Positions 51,801 through 64,000 of a stretch of DNA of 64,000 bases are shown piece after piece; position 1 is the stretch's first letter, and every line of letters starts with the position of its first letter. The translations under genes and the position numbers were made by a program. The stretch is from positions 23,002,001-23,066,000 of the forward strand of contig OZ281495.1 of assembly GCA_965637545.1 (NCBI GenBank), written 5' to 3'. Source of the DNA: Phallusia mammillata. Lineage: Eukaryota. The notes below the pieces were generated by a model. It ran no database searches. It was given only the letters and a program-made list of their open reading frames with translations, and was not told where the DNA came from.

Positions 51801-54800
51801 TGCGAGCTATGTGGCTCAACATTTATAGTCTGTTCTATCCCTGAAAGCCAGCCAGGTTTGTGAGCCATCAAGCATCCCTCCACAAGCCAAGCGGTCAGGC
51901 CTAGATTTTTCTTGATTTCCTTAAAAGCCCATCCCACCTCTGTCATGCTCGGTTTTCAGCGGCACGCGCGTTGTTAGGAGCTGCCAAACCCAGAAAGTGC
52001 GGAATGAATGATGGCCCGTTTTCGTTCCTGTTTGCCAGAACATGACATAAGCCATAGGGGCTTTGGCAGCGTTCCATCTCGACCGCCGTCCTATTGCGTT
52101 CTGTCGTAGTTTATTTGCGCAAGATCGCCCTGTCCCACGCATCGCCAGGTGCCTATGGCTTCTTTGGTGGTCGCTTAAATCCCTCTGTCTATTTACGAAG
52201 TTGTCGAATATATGCCGCTGTCCCCTTCGTTCCTCGGTTAGTTTACAGGACCTCGCTTTAGAAACTCGCAAAGAATGCGGTCGTTTTCCGGTTGCAATCC
52301 CGAACATGTACGTCGATGTATCACGTTTCGCGCGACGCCAAGGTGGCCAAGTGTTGCGTTTCGCCCGCTTAGCGCCTTGCCTGGCAAACGCGTGCCACAT
52401 GAAGGGTGCCGCGCCGGGACCTCTTGCCCTTGTCCCGCGACGGACAAAACAAATCTGATTCGGCATTGGCGCGACGGGAGCACCGCGGCGCGCCCAGGCC
52501 ACCGGTAAGCCGAATTCGAGCAAGATACCACCCTGGAATCCCAAATCAAACCGCTGTAAGTTTACGACCCTGCAGTCAGGTCCCACCCAAACACGTCACA
52601 GCTGACGCAAAGCCGCGATATCGAACTCAGGGATAAACGTTCCACTCTGCTCGGATTAACGTCGTAGATGCAAAGCACCTGATCATACCTTTCTTCCGCG
52701 AGCGAGATGATCCTCCGCTCCCATCTCAAGTGGTGTTATTGATGGCCTTCCAGTCCCCCGCGCGACCGCTTGACGGAGTCTAGCGACCCCAAGATACTCG
52801 AACGCAATCGCTCGGTCACCCGAAAATGACATCACAATGTTTGCCTTTGTCCATTGCGTATTGTTGTGATTGCTTATCTGATCCCGGCGTTTCGAGTCTT
52901 GCCCTTTTTGTTCGCATTGAGTCAATGACGTCAGGCCGTCGCGGGCAATGTATCTTTGCGCACTGTCGCCCGAGATTTCTCACCTATTTTATGAGTTTAA
53001 TAGAGGTTTTCCTGCGTTAGTGCTTGGGTCAACGCAAAATTTACCCGTGTCACTTATTGCGACTGAAATATGGAGGTTTGTGCAAACAGGTAGAATAGGT
53101 GATGACGGTTGAGCACAATTCGTCTTCATCACACTTACTTCGTAATACCACCTCTAGTTTATTAGCACCATAAATAATAAATAGTTGGTACACCCTAAAA
53201 AATATTCATTTTTTTATCCCCAGACGTTTCTCGAAGAGAGTACGGAAAAGCAAAAAACTAAAAAGTCGGACAAAAAGCGAAACGGAATTCTAGCTGGTGA
53301 GATTAAATGTTTTGTTTTTGAAATAAACCTTTACTCTGTGTTTCCTCAAACATATATTTGGTTTCTGATAAAGGTAAAAAAATCCACAGTGTTGCACTCA
53401 AGTTCAAAATTGACCATATCCACCTGCAGTATTGTTGACTCATACAACGCTTCCGATGATTTATTTGCGATAACCGCCAATAGCATAGCAACACGCCCCG
53501 CCCATCTGGGGCAAACCACGACCGATCCATTCTCCACATATGTTTTGCTGTTTATGCTCGGCTCGTGTCCGCGCATTCCGTAGTTGACATATCGCGGCTA
53601 ATTAACCAACACCAACAAACGCGAACTGTTTCTCCCAGCCATGGTTATACCCTGAACCGCCGTATTATGCAAAGCCGCGTATTATTTTTCTTGAATTTGC
53701 GGAGCTAATATCCTAGGGTTTACATTCTTTACCATAACCTTAGGGTATGGACGCTATAGTAACTTTTACCCAAATGCAGTTTATATGGGATTAAGTTTAG
53801 TTTCACTCTACTTTATGACCCCTGCCTCAGTAGCCAGTAATTTCATGCTGTCAGTTCTTGGCTAGCGCTTCTTAAAGGCCTTCAAAGGGCATTTGCCAGC
53901 CAAGGAGCTGTGATAAGAATCAGCCTTATCTGTCGTGCTTGTCTGTTGCGGGCACGCATTTGTTTTCCAACCAAGTGCCTTGCAACAGCCACGATCGCCG
54001 CGCAGATTGCGAGTTATTTTTATTCGGACGTGCACTACCATCTCCGGTGTAACCGTTCTGCATCCATAGAGCTGTACAGGAGTTCATTATTTCAAGGACA
54101 CGACGATGTGTGTACTGCGTGACGATTATGTGTATCTAAAATATATTTCCTGAATAACAAGCGCCTGTAAGTCTTTGTTTTTGTTAGACTGATACATTTT
54201 TCTTAAAAATTTGCAAAAAACTATGTTTAAACTTAATACATAGTATTTTTAACCCCCAAAAAATATAAAAGTAAAGAACTAAATGTTTAAATGGTGAAAA
54301 ATCCTGCAGACACTGCACACTGTTGCACACCTACAAGGTCTCATGGAAAAAAACAGCTTTTTTTCTGAAGTCGCCTTTATCTTGAATTTCCGCATTGTTT
54401 GCTGCGAAACCGTTTTGTGCCTTTCATTTCCAAGCTTGTTATCAACAATCTCACTCTCACAGCTTAAGATAGAAATGTGGCCATCTGTGCAGCAGATACA
54501 GTCATTTCGAAACCCGCCTTGAGAACTTGTTTGTTTAGCGACAAAATCTCGTCTCGCGTATCAAATCGTGTTGCGCGAATTCCCTGCATCCTTGTTAAAC
54601 ATCTTCTGCCTTCGCCCCCTGCTTTGATAGCGAAGTTTAAGCGGCATGAAAAATCGACGCGAGTTAATCAATTATCGTTTCTCACCCGACTTGACGGACG
54701 TTTGTCGAGAGGCCAGGAAAGCCCTGAAAGCTGTCCGTGTGAATCGACTTCGTCACGCAGATAGTAACAGACTTCTGAAGGTTCTTGTGTGTTTCATGTT

Positions 54801-55542
54801 AAAACGTTGCTTGTGTGTTGTCTGTTGTAATAGCTTAATAATGAAAAGAGGCCTGGCACTTAAAACCTTTATGTTTGTTTTGTTTGTATTTTTTTTCTCT
54901 AAACTACAAAACACCAACAAAGTAATATACGTTAACCAATTCTTTAACTTGTCCAGCATCCTCTGAAAAGTTAGAATTCAAAATTATAGGTCCCTTTACC
55001 TGAAGGGGCCACATATTGTTATTGTCCGTATTTCGTTTTTTCTTTCCTTGTTTAGTCTAACGCTGGTTTGTTCTGTGCACTTGGTCAAGAAATGGTGCTT
55101 CAGACCTATTTAAATTTACACACATGTTACTTACCAAAGATCCTAAGTCGACTCCGGATGACCCAGCGGTTCACCCACAAGCCCCCCAAACATGAAATTT
55201 CACAAACGGTTGTTTGCCAAAGTGCATAACTCAGGAGTATTATACTTTGCTGGCTGGTGCACTGTAAAGAAATTCCGAATTTACCATAAATTTGCCTTAT
55301 TGTGGCTTCTAATATGTCCCAAACAACAAGGCGTCTGGTATATTACTGTATTGTTATGCAGCATATTGTTTCCACTTGTATTCAACTGCTTGAACAACTC
55401 AATAATGACAACGATAAACTTATCCAGTGTAAATTTTGCTTGTGCAGACTTGGATCGTGGCACGTCCCTGGTCGACCACCCGCTCTTTACTACGGATTAC
55501 TTGAACAAGTCTTGGACATTTTTCACTGACAAGCAATCTTGA
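24843..55542 (+). CDS. SCAPER: S-phase cyclin A-associated protein in the ER (~1530 aa, 32 coding exons)
   Basis: Phase-consistent exons 24843-24947, 25066-25177, 25245-25364, 25593-25774, 26021-26121, 26639-26857 (or -26908), 27405-27568, 27797-28222, 29190-29269, 29332-29490, 29907-30006, 30085-30196, 30755-30938, 31224-31337, 31709-31831, 32010-32152, 32223-32304, 32674-32831, 33389-33494, 33557-33645, 33966-34031, 34101-34233, 35597-35715, 35792-35915, 36183-36379, 36763-36855, 37433-37579, 37912-38248, 40122-40271, 47849-48040, 53224-53296, 55448-55542. Diagnostic motifs: EGRSARNLVSWSIPL, RARYWAYLFENLRRAVDEIY, RPTSLAWEVRK, MHEKLSSPSRKR, KVNEIAFIN, LGAEGVSLEYRH, LLHEVIVSVGHF, PTVLQQLCLLPFAYFS. 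The last two exons are supported mainly by phase and weak similarity. Confidence 0.96.
28305..28884. mobile_element. Non-autonomous hAT-type MITE (580 bp) in a SCAPER intron
   Basis: TIRs CAGTGTTTTTCAACC / GGTTGAAAATCACTG; subterminal CGGAACAC repeats; 8-bp TSD ATATATAT inside a (TA)n tract. Confidence 0.9.
35941..36193 (+). repeat. Diverged ~140-bp tandem duplication of an intron 3' end plus the first 9 nt of the exon
   Basis: Both units run from (a)c[a/g]tctgtaaaact...acaaacatt... to ...tcagAAAAATGAGgt (35941-36055 and 36083-36193). Confidence 0.8.
48181..48990. mobile_element. Non-autonomous hAT-type MITE (810 bp including a nested insertion)
   Basis: TIRs CAGCGGTGCGCAACC / GGTTGCACACCCCTG; exact 8-bp TSD GTTTAGAC at 48173-48180 and 48991-48998. 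Confidence 0.92.
48384..48657. mobile_element. Mutator-like MITE (274 bp) nested inside the hAT MITE
   Basis: 32-bp TIRs GGTAGAGCTACTAACACCATAACGAGAATCAC / GTGATTCTTGTTATGGTGTTAGCAGCTCTACC (2 mismatches); exact 9-bp TSD GAAAATGTT at 48375-48383 and 48658-48666. Confidence 0.85.
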
Positions 55543-58500
55543 CCCCTGAGCGGAAAATGTCACAACACAATTTCGAGCCATTTACACTATGCGCGTTCCA
55601 TGTTCCTGTAAGTACTAATGCACATATAAGACACTATAAGTTCGCTTTCTTATTTCTTACAAGTTTTTGTTGCTTTGCAGTAGTTCCTTCGTTTCTTAGT
55701 GTGTACACTTTTTCGTTGATATATTATTTTTCTATGGATTTTCTTTATTTTAGTTTACACGTGTGGCCGTAAGGTATATTTCTTTGCTGTGTGTATCTGA
55801 CTGAGTCGATTGCGTGGTGGTTAAGGACTGTAAACGCATGCTGGTGCTCCCTATTTGCCTAAGCTGTGAAATGTTTTGCCAAAAAGCACTCAATGATGAA
55901 TTTGGGCATTCTATATTAGTATTGTAACTCATAGCAGTTTTATGTGTCATTATATACCTTACTTAAACCTTTTTCGGTATTTGTGCACTTTAAAAGTGTT
56001 GTTTATGTTGGTAAATAATGCGATGAAGCATGGGGTCCTACATTGTTGGTCATTTCGGATACATTGCATCATCTAAATACCGTTGCTCTGACACCTATAG
56101 ATGGGAACCTGTACCGTATTGTATAAGTTACCGGCGATTTTCATCCGTGAATTGTTATTGATCTGGACAAAGTTTTCCGAATATACTCACTGTGTTGCAC
56201 GTTTGCCTATTGCATTGGACAAGGTATATGATGTGACAGTGATTAATCAACAAGATGAGATGATGTTGAGTGGCAAGTGCAGACGAAAAAACAGCAAGAT
56301 ATGTGTTTCTGTTGCTGGGTAACTCATCTTGCTGTTGTGTGATCTGTAATCCATTATGCTGCAAATAATTGAGCGTATATGTCAGTTGCTTGTACTGTGG
56401 TGCATTTTTAGGGACAGGAAAGCATATTAATTCACTAAGTATCGACGTTCCCGTTGTCAATTATCCGCGTTCTGTGGCTGCTGGTTGCTCGAGCGCTCTT
56501 TTATCTCAGCGAGCGGCGCGCCCTTGGGAACGCACTTAGGCGACGTGGCACGCATCCCATGGAACTGGCGAGATGTCTCGAATGACACTACAGATTATCA
56601 TCCCAACCCTGCCGCTCATGCAGTTGAACGTGGAGTCGAATGCTCCATCGCGACGGCATGTGCCACAAAAAGCACTTATAACGCACGCTAATGTCTCCCA
56701 ATAATAGCCTGAACGGTGCTAATGTCCGATAACCCCCATCGCGTCGCGTTAGACTTGCTCGTGCGTCGGTCGATTGCGATGAGACGACCCGTGCGGGCAT
56801 GACACTCGCGATCTGGGAAGAAATTATCTTCCAATTCAATTTCTAATAACCCATAAGGAAGTCGCGTAGATTCTGATGCCCAGACGGAGACGTATACCGC
56901 GAACAGCAAGTCCATACTTAGTCCACAGTGTCAGCAACAAGGGAACCTAGGATATGCAGTCACAGGCCAGAAGTAATTGAGAACATGTATTTAGCAACTT
57001 TTGTAATGATGTCCTGCCGGATGGAGCCCTTTACGTGGTCACCTGGACCGGTCGATACTCAGCAGGTGAGGAGGAATGTCTGTGGTGCGCTTGGCGAGTT
57101 AATCGCTCGATTCTTGCCGCTGCTTCTGTTTCGTGTTTGCTGCAAATCGAAGCTTTCCGCCGGCACATGCGACTTGGCTGTTGCGGATCGAAGTCGTCCC
57201 CCGACATGTTGCTATTTCGGGCGAAATCAATCGAGTCCCGCCAGATTTGTGTCGATTAACGTCGCCAACTGACTACTGAAGCTGTTTATGCGAACCCCAC
57301 ATGAATTAACTAATAAGCAACTTTATGCTGATTTAAAAACAGAATATGTGGAAATTACGGATTGCATTGTAACAAGTTTGTACCTTGATTATAATTGCTG
57401 CTACATCAGGCAAACTGTTGTCATACTCATATATATCATGTATATTATTCATGTACTTACTAGTATAATATAATCTGATCATTACCTTCAAAGTAAAAAA
57501 TATGAACTGAATCCAGTCGTTCATTTCTCGCAAATTGCCTTTGCCTGGTTCGGTTTACAAAACAATATATATTTCATGGTCCAAAGCTCTTCGCGTGGAG
57601 TTTAGGACAAGCTTTCCCTTTTGCTTGAACAAGCTCCAGGGAGGTGTATTTGTACGCGCCAAATTGTCTCATCTTCGACACGTCGCACCCCTTATAACTC
57701 AGCCACTGCTCCGATCTCTTTCCCGCTTTTATTTCACTTCGTGGCATCTGTTTTGACAATCGGGGCGTGTGGAATCGTAAGTGAAAACAATAGATTCAAA
57801 TATATTTGCTAATTTAATCTGACGTTTGATTGAAATCCTTTGATCAAACTTGTCAGCTGTAAACAAAATGGCGGCGCCAATATGGTCACAAAACAGCAAA
57901 ATGTGCCCAGAGCATTCTCTTGCATTGGCAGAAAAATCTTAGAATGTTTTTGTATGGCAAAAAAAGTGTAGTTGTCAGTGTGTGAATTTGTTTGGATGTA
58001 ACTAAAGTTTCTTATAGGGATTTTTCACTGACAGTCCTCTGCTTGGTACAAAGTCCTGCTTAAAAATATTTTTTACGACTATTGGCATAACTTGCATACA
58101 AAATTAAGTTGACATTTATTTACAACAAAGTTGATTGTAAATCATTTGTAAATCGGATAAAAACTGCAAAGGTGATTGTCGGTGTTGAAATTAGTGTTTA
58201 AATCAGTAGTTCTGATAGACAATACTATTTCGGTCAAAAACTGGAGGAAAAAAAATACTGCCTGTCTTGTCCATCGTTAACCACCGTGTCCGGCTGTACA
58301 TGTATATTGTACAGCTGTCCAAACGTTTTCCGGTTTGACCGACTTTCGCTCTTTTTTCACGCCGGATTTTCCCTCGTCGCGCATTAGGCCTAGAATTTCC
58401 GCTCTCCTATAAATTGTTGTCACTCGCTTCTTTCTTCTGTGCTCGGCATCGAAAAGACCCAGGTCTGTTATCTCGCTGGCCTTATGCTGCCGCAGCAGAA

Positions 58501-61500
58501 CGAATGCATGGACAAAATCGATTAATGCGACGCTATTGATCGCTGATTAAAAGCTGCCGCCTTATCAATCATTTAGTAAGAGGCTTTTGGACTTCGGCCC
58601 TCCCAATGACGGCCGAGCATCCCTCACTCGACTTTGATGTAAATTTTGAGCGAGCCCTGACGACATCGCATTTGTCACCTTGCGCGATTGTTGAGCCAAT
58701 TCCTCCAACAGATTTTCATCAACCGTTCAAATCTGCCACCCTTCATATCCCCAGTGACTTCTGACGAAAATTAACTGCTTGATTTTGTTAGCGGTTTTGG
58801 GTCCGATGTAATATGCACTGCGTACTGACGTGTAACGGCTAGATATTGAAAAACGTACATGCAGTCTTATTCATATCATTTGTATTAAATATGTGCTTTT
58901 TGCTTGTTTATGCAAACTGAAAATAAGCTTGTATTTATGATGTAAAAACTTTATTTGAAAGTTTTGTTTGATTGTGTTGGCACTGATCAAACGTTATGTA
59001 CTTAGTTTACAAAACGCGTTTTGAAAATATATTGCTCCTCACGGATCACTTTCAAATCACCACAACTCCCCATCAGTGGCAAGTCAAGGTTCATTTCCAT
59101 TCATTCCAAAAGCAGCTACGCTCCAACGTTGTTGTGTCTCGTCGTTAATACTGCCTGGTAAACTCCAGTCTCACTGTAGCGAATTTTGCCTTGCATCGTG
59201 GCGTCAGCTCGATCCCATAGAATAACGAGCATCCATTCGCACCTTATCGCGTGGAACAGAGCAGAGCTTTAGGTGCTGTTTGGAGCCGGCTTAACTTTTG
59301 GCCCGTGGCATATTTGAGCCAACGCAATTGGTTTTGTGTATAAGCCGAAGCGTTGCTGCTAACGAAAGGCGGTCACTCTTCGCTGCGGTCTGTTGTCTCT
59401 CATCAAGCAGGTAAAGAGATCTTTATCGCCGCCAGGCTGCGCTGTTTGTATGCCGTTGCTTGTTTGTGATCGATGGCCAATGCAACAAGCGTTATGTTAC
59501 GCCCTGCTTCAAAAGTGGACAGCGTTTACAAACAATCTTAAAACCTTTGCACGTCAGTTAGCGCTGTGACTAACGAGGTTGTAGGAATGGACATTCGCAG
59601 CACCTTGTATTTCAATCGCTATGGATTTATCGTTTCTTGTGCTTCTGTTTTAGGCCTAATATTTTTTACAAAACACAAAAAAATAAAAGTTTATGTTCAT
59701 ACTAAATTACCGTTTAATTGTGATTAATGAATGCGCACATACTTGTGACTGGCGCATATGCTACAATGATCTGTATCTGCACAACTGGTAAAAACATAAA
59801 TTCTAGGAATTGTAAAAAATATTTGGTGGCAGGCATGAAAATATTATTATTTGCTTTGATACCCGATACGGTCCGTAGAAATCTAGCGGTGTTAGTTGCG
59901 ACACGGATGAATGTAGTGGCATGACGAACCTATAAGCGCGAATCAAATCAATCAGCGTCGATTTGATGTGCATCGGAGCGAGGCAAGTTAAGGTAATCAC
60001 GCGTCGAATCAATGCCCCGACGCGAACCCGTGTCACAATAACGACAGTTACTGTTTGATACGACATGGCCGATATCTACTAATCGATTCAACTTTCAATC
60101 ACACTTTTCTTTGAAACAAAAAACAAGAATTTTTTTTATCTTTTTATTTTGACAACAAATTGAAATAATGACAAACAAAATAACACATTTGGCCGCTTGG
60201 TGCGCCAGAGCAACGCCTGTTTCGAAAAGGGATATTTTGTAAGTCAAAGTCAAATCTGTTTTGCAAACCGTGTACATGCGAGATGGATGTCGTTAAAGGT
60301 TAATCTGAGTACATTAAAACCTGGGCATACGCTTATTGTTTCACACTATGGACGTAATAGCTGGTTTCGTTAAGCAAATTACGGGCACACGGCGTCATGC
60401 GTTGCGGCTGACTTAAAGTGCGCCGTGCTGCCAATAATCCAGATCATATACGCAGGCTATTCCCTGGGTTGCTTACTCTAATCGTACATGCTTAGAGGGT
60501 TTAATCACTTTGACGTGTGCTTCAACCAAACTTGGAAACCTAATCACTTGTAAGCGTCGACAAAAAAGAAACAAGTCAGATCTGCACCTCAACAAGGATG
60601 CGTCAGTGGTCCTTTGTCGAAGAGCGTAACGGGGAAAACTGGAACAGGCAGCGTTGGCAATTGGCCGTAAACCTGTGCGCTGCACGCGCGTTTGCCGCTC
60701 AATTACAATATCGCCTTCCATACCAACGTCCGATATGGGAAAGTGATACGAGCGACGCGGTATGCGGCCGGCCCCAAGGGGTCGAGCGCACCGGGGTGAA
60801 GACACGCCCTTGAGCGCGGCAATGCGGGGGTCGCCGCGCAGTCTTAAGTGCGGGACGCGTTTCGTGTGTGGTGCTGTGTCGACGGTAAACACGCGATCGA
60901 CGCTTGGGTTAGGGGACGTGCTTCGATCCGGTGCTTTTTGTAACGACCTGTGCTGAGCGCTGTGCGGGCGATTGTTTGTTGGTTCACGGCTTGTCGAGAT
61001 GCAGGTATGTCTTTAAAGTAGGCATTTGTCCGATCGAGTGCCTGGGTGTGCCGGGTCGAACTTTAAACTTCTCTTGTTGCTGTTTTTGTAATCGCGACCG
61101 CTTCGACTAAAGCCATAAAAACGTGACAAATCGTCTGCAAGGCTCATACATCCGAACATGCCAAACGATTGACAGCAGCTTCCCGTTTTTAGCGACGTTT
61201 ACTGTGGAATGCTTTGTGTCCCCGATGTTATAAAAGCCTGACCGGATTTCGTGGTGCGATAAGCCAGCGCCGCTGCCGTATAAACTACACCCCACAATCT
61301 ATACAATGTAACAGGACTTGCTGCGCCTATGTTGACCTTGGACTAGGGCCTGAAGCATTGGGACTGGAGCCCTTAGCCGCGATGAACAAAACGATTATCC
61401 CTTGCTCTACCATTCCCGCCTTCGCCATCGCCACAATGAATGGACACAGAAGCAAGGCGCCCTTTGACAAACAACTGCCTGGCCGTCGAACAATGACGGT

Positions 61501-64000
61501 TTATCTTCGCGAGCGATCGCAAGGACAATGAACAAAACTGCCCTGAAACTTTGTTGTTTCAATGCGACAAGCGTGTGAGCCAAAAAATCCGTTTGATATC
61601 TTTTTTCGTCTGCCCCACATGTCAGGAGTGCGGCGCGAATGTCCGTTGTTTACTCGAAAGTATACAACGGTCACGTATGTTGACACAAATGGCCTCCTCG
61701 ATGTGAGCCGCTTTGAAATGCCGGCCTCAACGCATCTCACTGCGGAGATGTGATTTTCGTATCCTGCTTTGGGTTGCGCGGTGTCAGATTTTTGAAAAAT
61801 CTTTGAACAATTTAAGCCATATAGGTTGTTGCAAAACAAACAGCAGTAAAAGAAGCCAATTTCCGCAATAGAGAAGTATTCTAAACGTAGGCACGATCCA
61901 ATCGCTGTTGATTTTTTTGTAGGGCGCCTAGTTTACTGCCCTATGCCGTATATATGTTCTTTAAAAATGCCAGTTTACCGCGCACATCCGCTTCTATAGA
62001 AAGCATAAAACGCGCTAACACGACAAGAGGAAACGCGTAACTACGTAAGACAAACAAATTGGGAAATGCTATGCTATTTTTATTTAATTTACACTATAGG
62101 TTAAAACGACAATGCAAATTCAACAACTTGTGTGGAATAATTGTTTGCTTTGCAAAAACTGCTGCATGCTTTTCTTAGTCAAACTCGATCGGTTTCCGCA
62201 CTTTTGTCGTTCGAGCGGTACCTTTCATTTGGTGACGTAATACCGGCTTGGTACTGTGGGTCGCTGATCTTTGGGTGCAACTTCGTGTCGTGTTTATTTG
62301 TTCTCACCTCGGCCCGATAGGAAAACGGACCCTCCTTCCATTCTTTCGCCTCGTGGGGCCGCGTCAATGCACCCCTTGCATTGTTACTTGGCCCTACAGC
62401 GCAAAAACCCGGGTGCCAGGTTACCGCCAGTATTCGGTGGCTGAGTGCCCGACCCTTGATTTTTCTAAAGGAAAGATAAACCATGATGAAGTGTCCCATC
62501 TTAATCGCATTGTTGCTGAAACAACGAACGCACTCGGGATTTTGACACGTTTCGAGTTGTATCTGACACTCTTGTCGCTAATTCAGCCATTGTCCCGCCC
62601 GTCGGGGTCTGCACGCCCCAACACCCACGCAACCCCATGAAAAGTGACGGGGCCGCAATCTGATCCAACCCCTATTGTTTCCCGTTCGAGTGGGTTTGTC
62701 TTTTGCGGGATAGTCGGCCGTGTATGGTTTACTTTTCGCTCTTTGTGCGCTCCAACGCCCCGATGTCCCGTGCTCGGCACAGAATGGATGAAATCCCCAC
62801 GTTTTGCCACAAAGTTTATCTTTTGCCGAGTGTAACAGTGCAGTGTCGATGTTTTTTTTTTCTCCGACTCGTTTCTGACAAGATCTGCCACGGGAAAACA
62901 GGTAATGCACACCTTACGCCTTTGTTCGGAATCAAATCAAAAACAAACCATCCAAGTCTTTGGGGTTTCACGTCTCTTTTGTGAAAATGTTTGTTTTAGG
63001 CTCGTGCTACTTTGTAGTTACGATTGCCGACCTCTCGTGTTGCTTCGCTTACTAACACGAGCAGCATTCAGTCGATTTTAAATCGCCCCCGTTAGAGGTG
63101 TTAGGTTCGCCGCTTCGTCAACATCCGAAGATCGGCGATCTGGATGTTCCCGGGCCAGTTCCGAGCTCATGTCTAGCACGCAACGTCTGCAGTATCAGTC
63201 GTCGCCCTGCATGCGTTCCAGCAGTGGCAACCTGATCGCCCTCGTAGCCTTGCGACGCGCACTAAATGCCGGTTCTCAAAGCGACCCTAAAAATAACCCA
63301 CCGGAATGACAGCCTTGCAATCAAGTGCGGCCGGTCAGAAACTCTCACACCACCCGCATTGCACCTGTCCGACCTCCTGTATGCTCTCCAAGCCGACGCC
63401 GGAGAGACTTGGTCGCTTCCAGGCGGGCCCAGGCGCCGAGTCGCTCTCAGGAGAAGCAGGATGCAAGTGGAATCAATTGCACAGAGAAGAATAACAGCGG
63501 CAATTTGATGCTCGCCGGTTGACAGACGCCCTTGAACTCAATGCCCTACGATCACAATTAATCTGTGATCGGATAAAAGCCATGGTGCTACTTCCTGTTT
63601 GGTATTGACACCTCGCGTGAAGAGCCACCGCCGGCTTGCGACAACTATTTGCGGTTTCCCTTGTGCATTTCAAGCATTTAAGCTTAAAACTATTTGAAAA
63701 CGCTAATGGATTGCGTAACAGTTTGTGCGCCGAATTGGATTCCAAGTTTTTAAGCATTGGAATTCTTTAGTGATGATGAATATTGTGATATTGCATCTTT
63801 GGTCCATGGATTTCATGTAAAGCCGAATCTTTTTTACTTTTTTTAACCTTTTAAGCATCTAATGCATTTTATGAAACTTGTCTGCTACCTTTCTGAAATT
63901 CAAAGCTATTTGCAGTGTGTCAACAAATTAAACAAAATGGCGAGACAAAAACGAACCTTTCAAACAAAAACATCAAGAGATAAACTACATATATCAGATA

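Larger units (their letters stand above)
38249..55447. promoter_or_regulatory. Expanded terminal SCAPER introns with many GC-rich non-coding islands (candidate long-range enhancers)
   Basis: Introns of 1873, 7577, 5183 and 2151 bp versus mostly 60-1000 bp upstream. Alternating AT-rich spacers and GC-rich blocks contain homeodomain (TAATCC/GGATTA), E-box and EBF-like (TCCCTAGGGG 38728-38737) motifs. Enhancer function is inferred. Confidence 0.55.

Noticed and set aside
55800-55860. tRNA-like A box (TGGTGGTTAAGG)
   Set aside because: No B box or cloverleaf downstream.
57865-57885. AACAAAATGGCGGCG as a gene start (also similar at 63930-63942)
   Set aside because: YY1-like motif, but the ORF stops after 24 codons with no donor; more likely a regulatory or transposon-internal motif.
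59100-59230. miR-200 family precursor gene
   Set aside because: Neither flank pairs with the mature-like sequence well enough to form a hairpin.
55543-64000. Islet (LIM-homeobox) exons
   Set aside because: No LIM CxxC/H patterns, homeodomain (WFQNKR) or PWK motif found in the ORF track or on inspection.
1-64000. Prokaryotic systems (CRISPR arrays, operonic defence genes, rRNA) and most 60-130 aa track ORFs
   Set aside because: No repeat-spacer arrays or rRNA-like sequence. Most short ORFs are antisense shadows of exons, exon read-throughs, or chance ORFs with alternative start codons.

Overview
Eukaryotic, AT-rich, intron-containing genomic DNA; no prokaryotic features. Short GT-AG introns and chordate-like proteins suggest an invertebrate chordate, probably an ascidian (inference). 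I reconstructed four protein-coding genes by hand with frame-consistent splice phases. (1) A KIM-type tyrosine phosphatase (PTPRR/PTPN5/PTPN7 family), minus strand, 15543 to 407 and continuing off the left edge, with a 10.3 kb intron. (2) An unrecognised ~612-aa low-complexity tail-anchored membrane protein with a FFAT-like motif and basic clusters, minus strand, 21693-17549, 8 coding exons. (3) A CLAMP/C8orf74-like gene with an intronless CDS, plus strand, 23697-24596. (4) SCAPER, plus strand, 24843-55542, 32 coding exons, ~1530 aa, starting only 246 bp after gene 3 and apparently lacking the vertebrate C2H2 zinc finger. SCAPER's last four introns expand to 1.9-7.6 kb and, with the 8.5 kb downstream, contain GC-rich non-coding islands. 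This fits the known Islet-Scaper regulatory block, although Islet itself is not in the window. Mobile elements: three intact hAT MITEs with 8-bp TSDs, a Mutator-like MITE nested in one of them, a decayed Penelope-like GIY-YIG fragment and a tRNA-like SINE. Best leads: the CLAMP-SCAPER co-transcription unit, the FFAT-bearing tail-anchored protein, SCAPER zinc-finger loss with candidate microexons at that site, and a possible small antisense gene nested in the phosphatase intron. Homology calls come from recalled motifs, not database searches.
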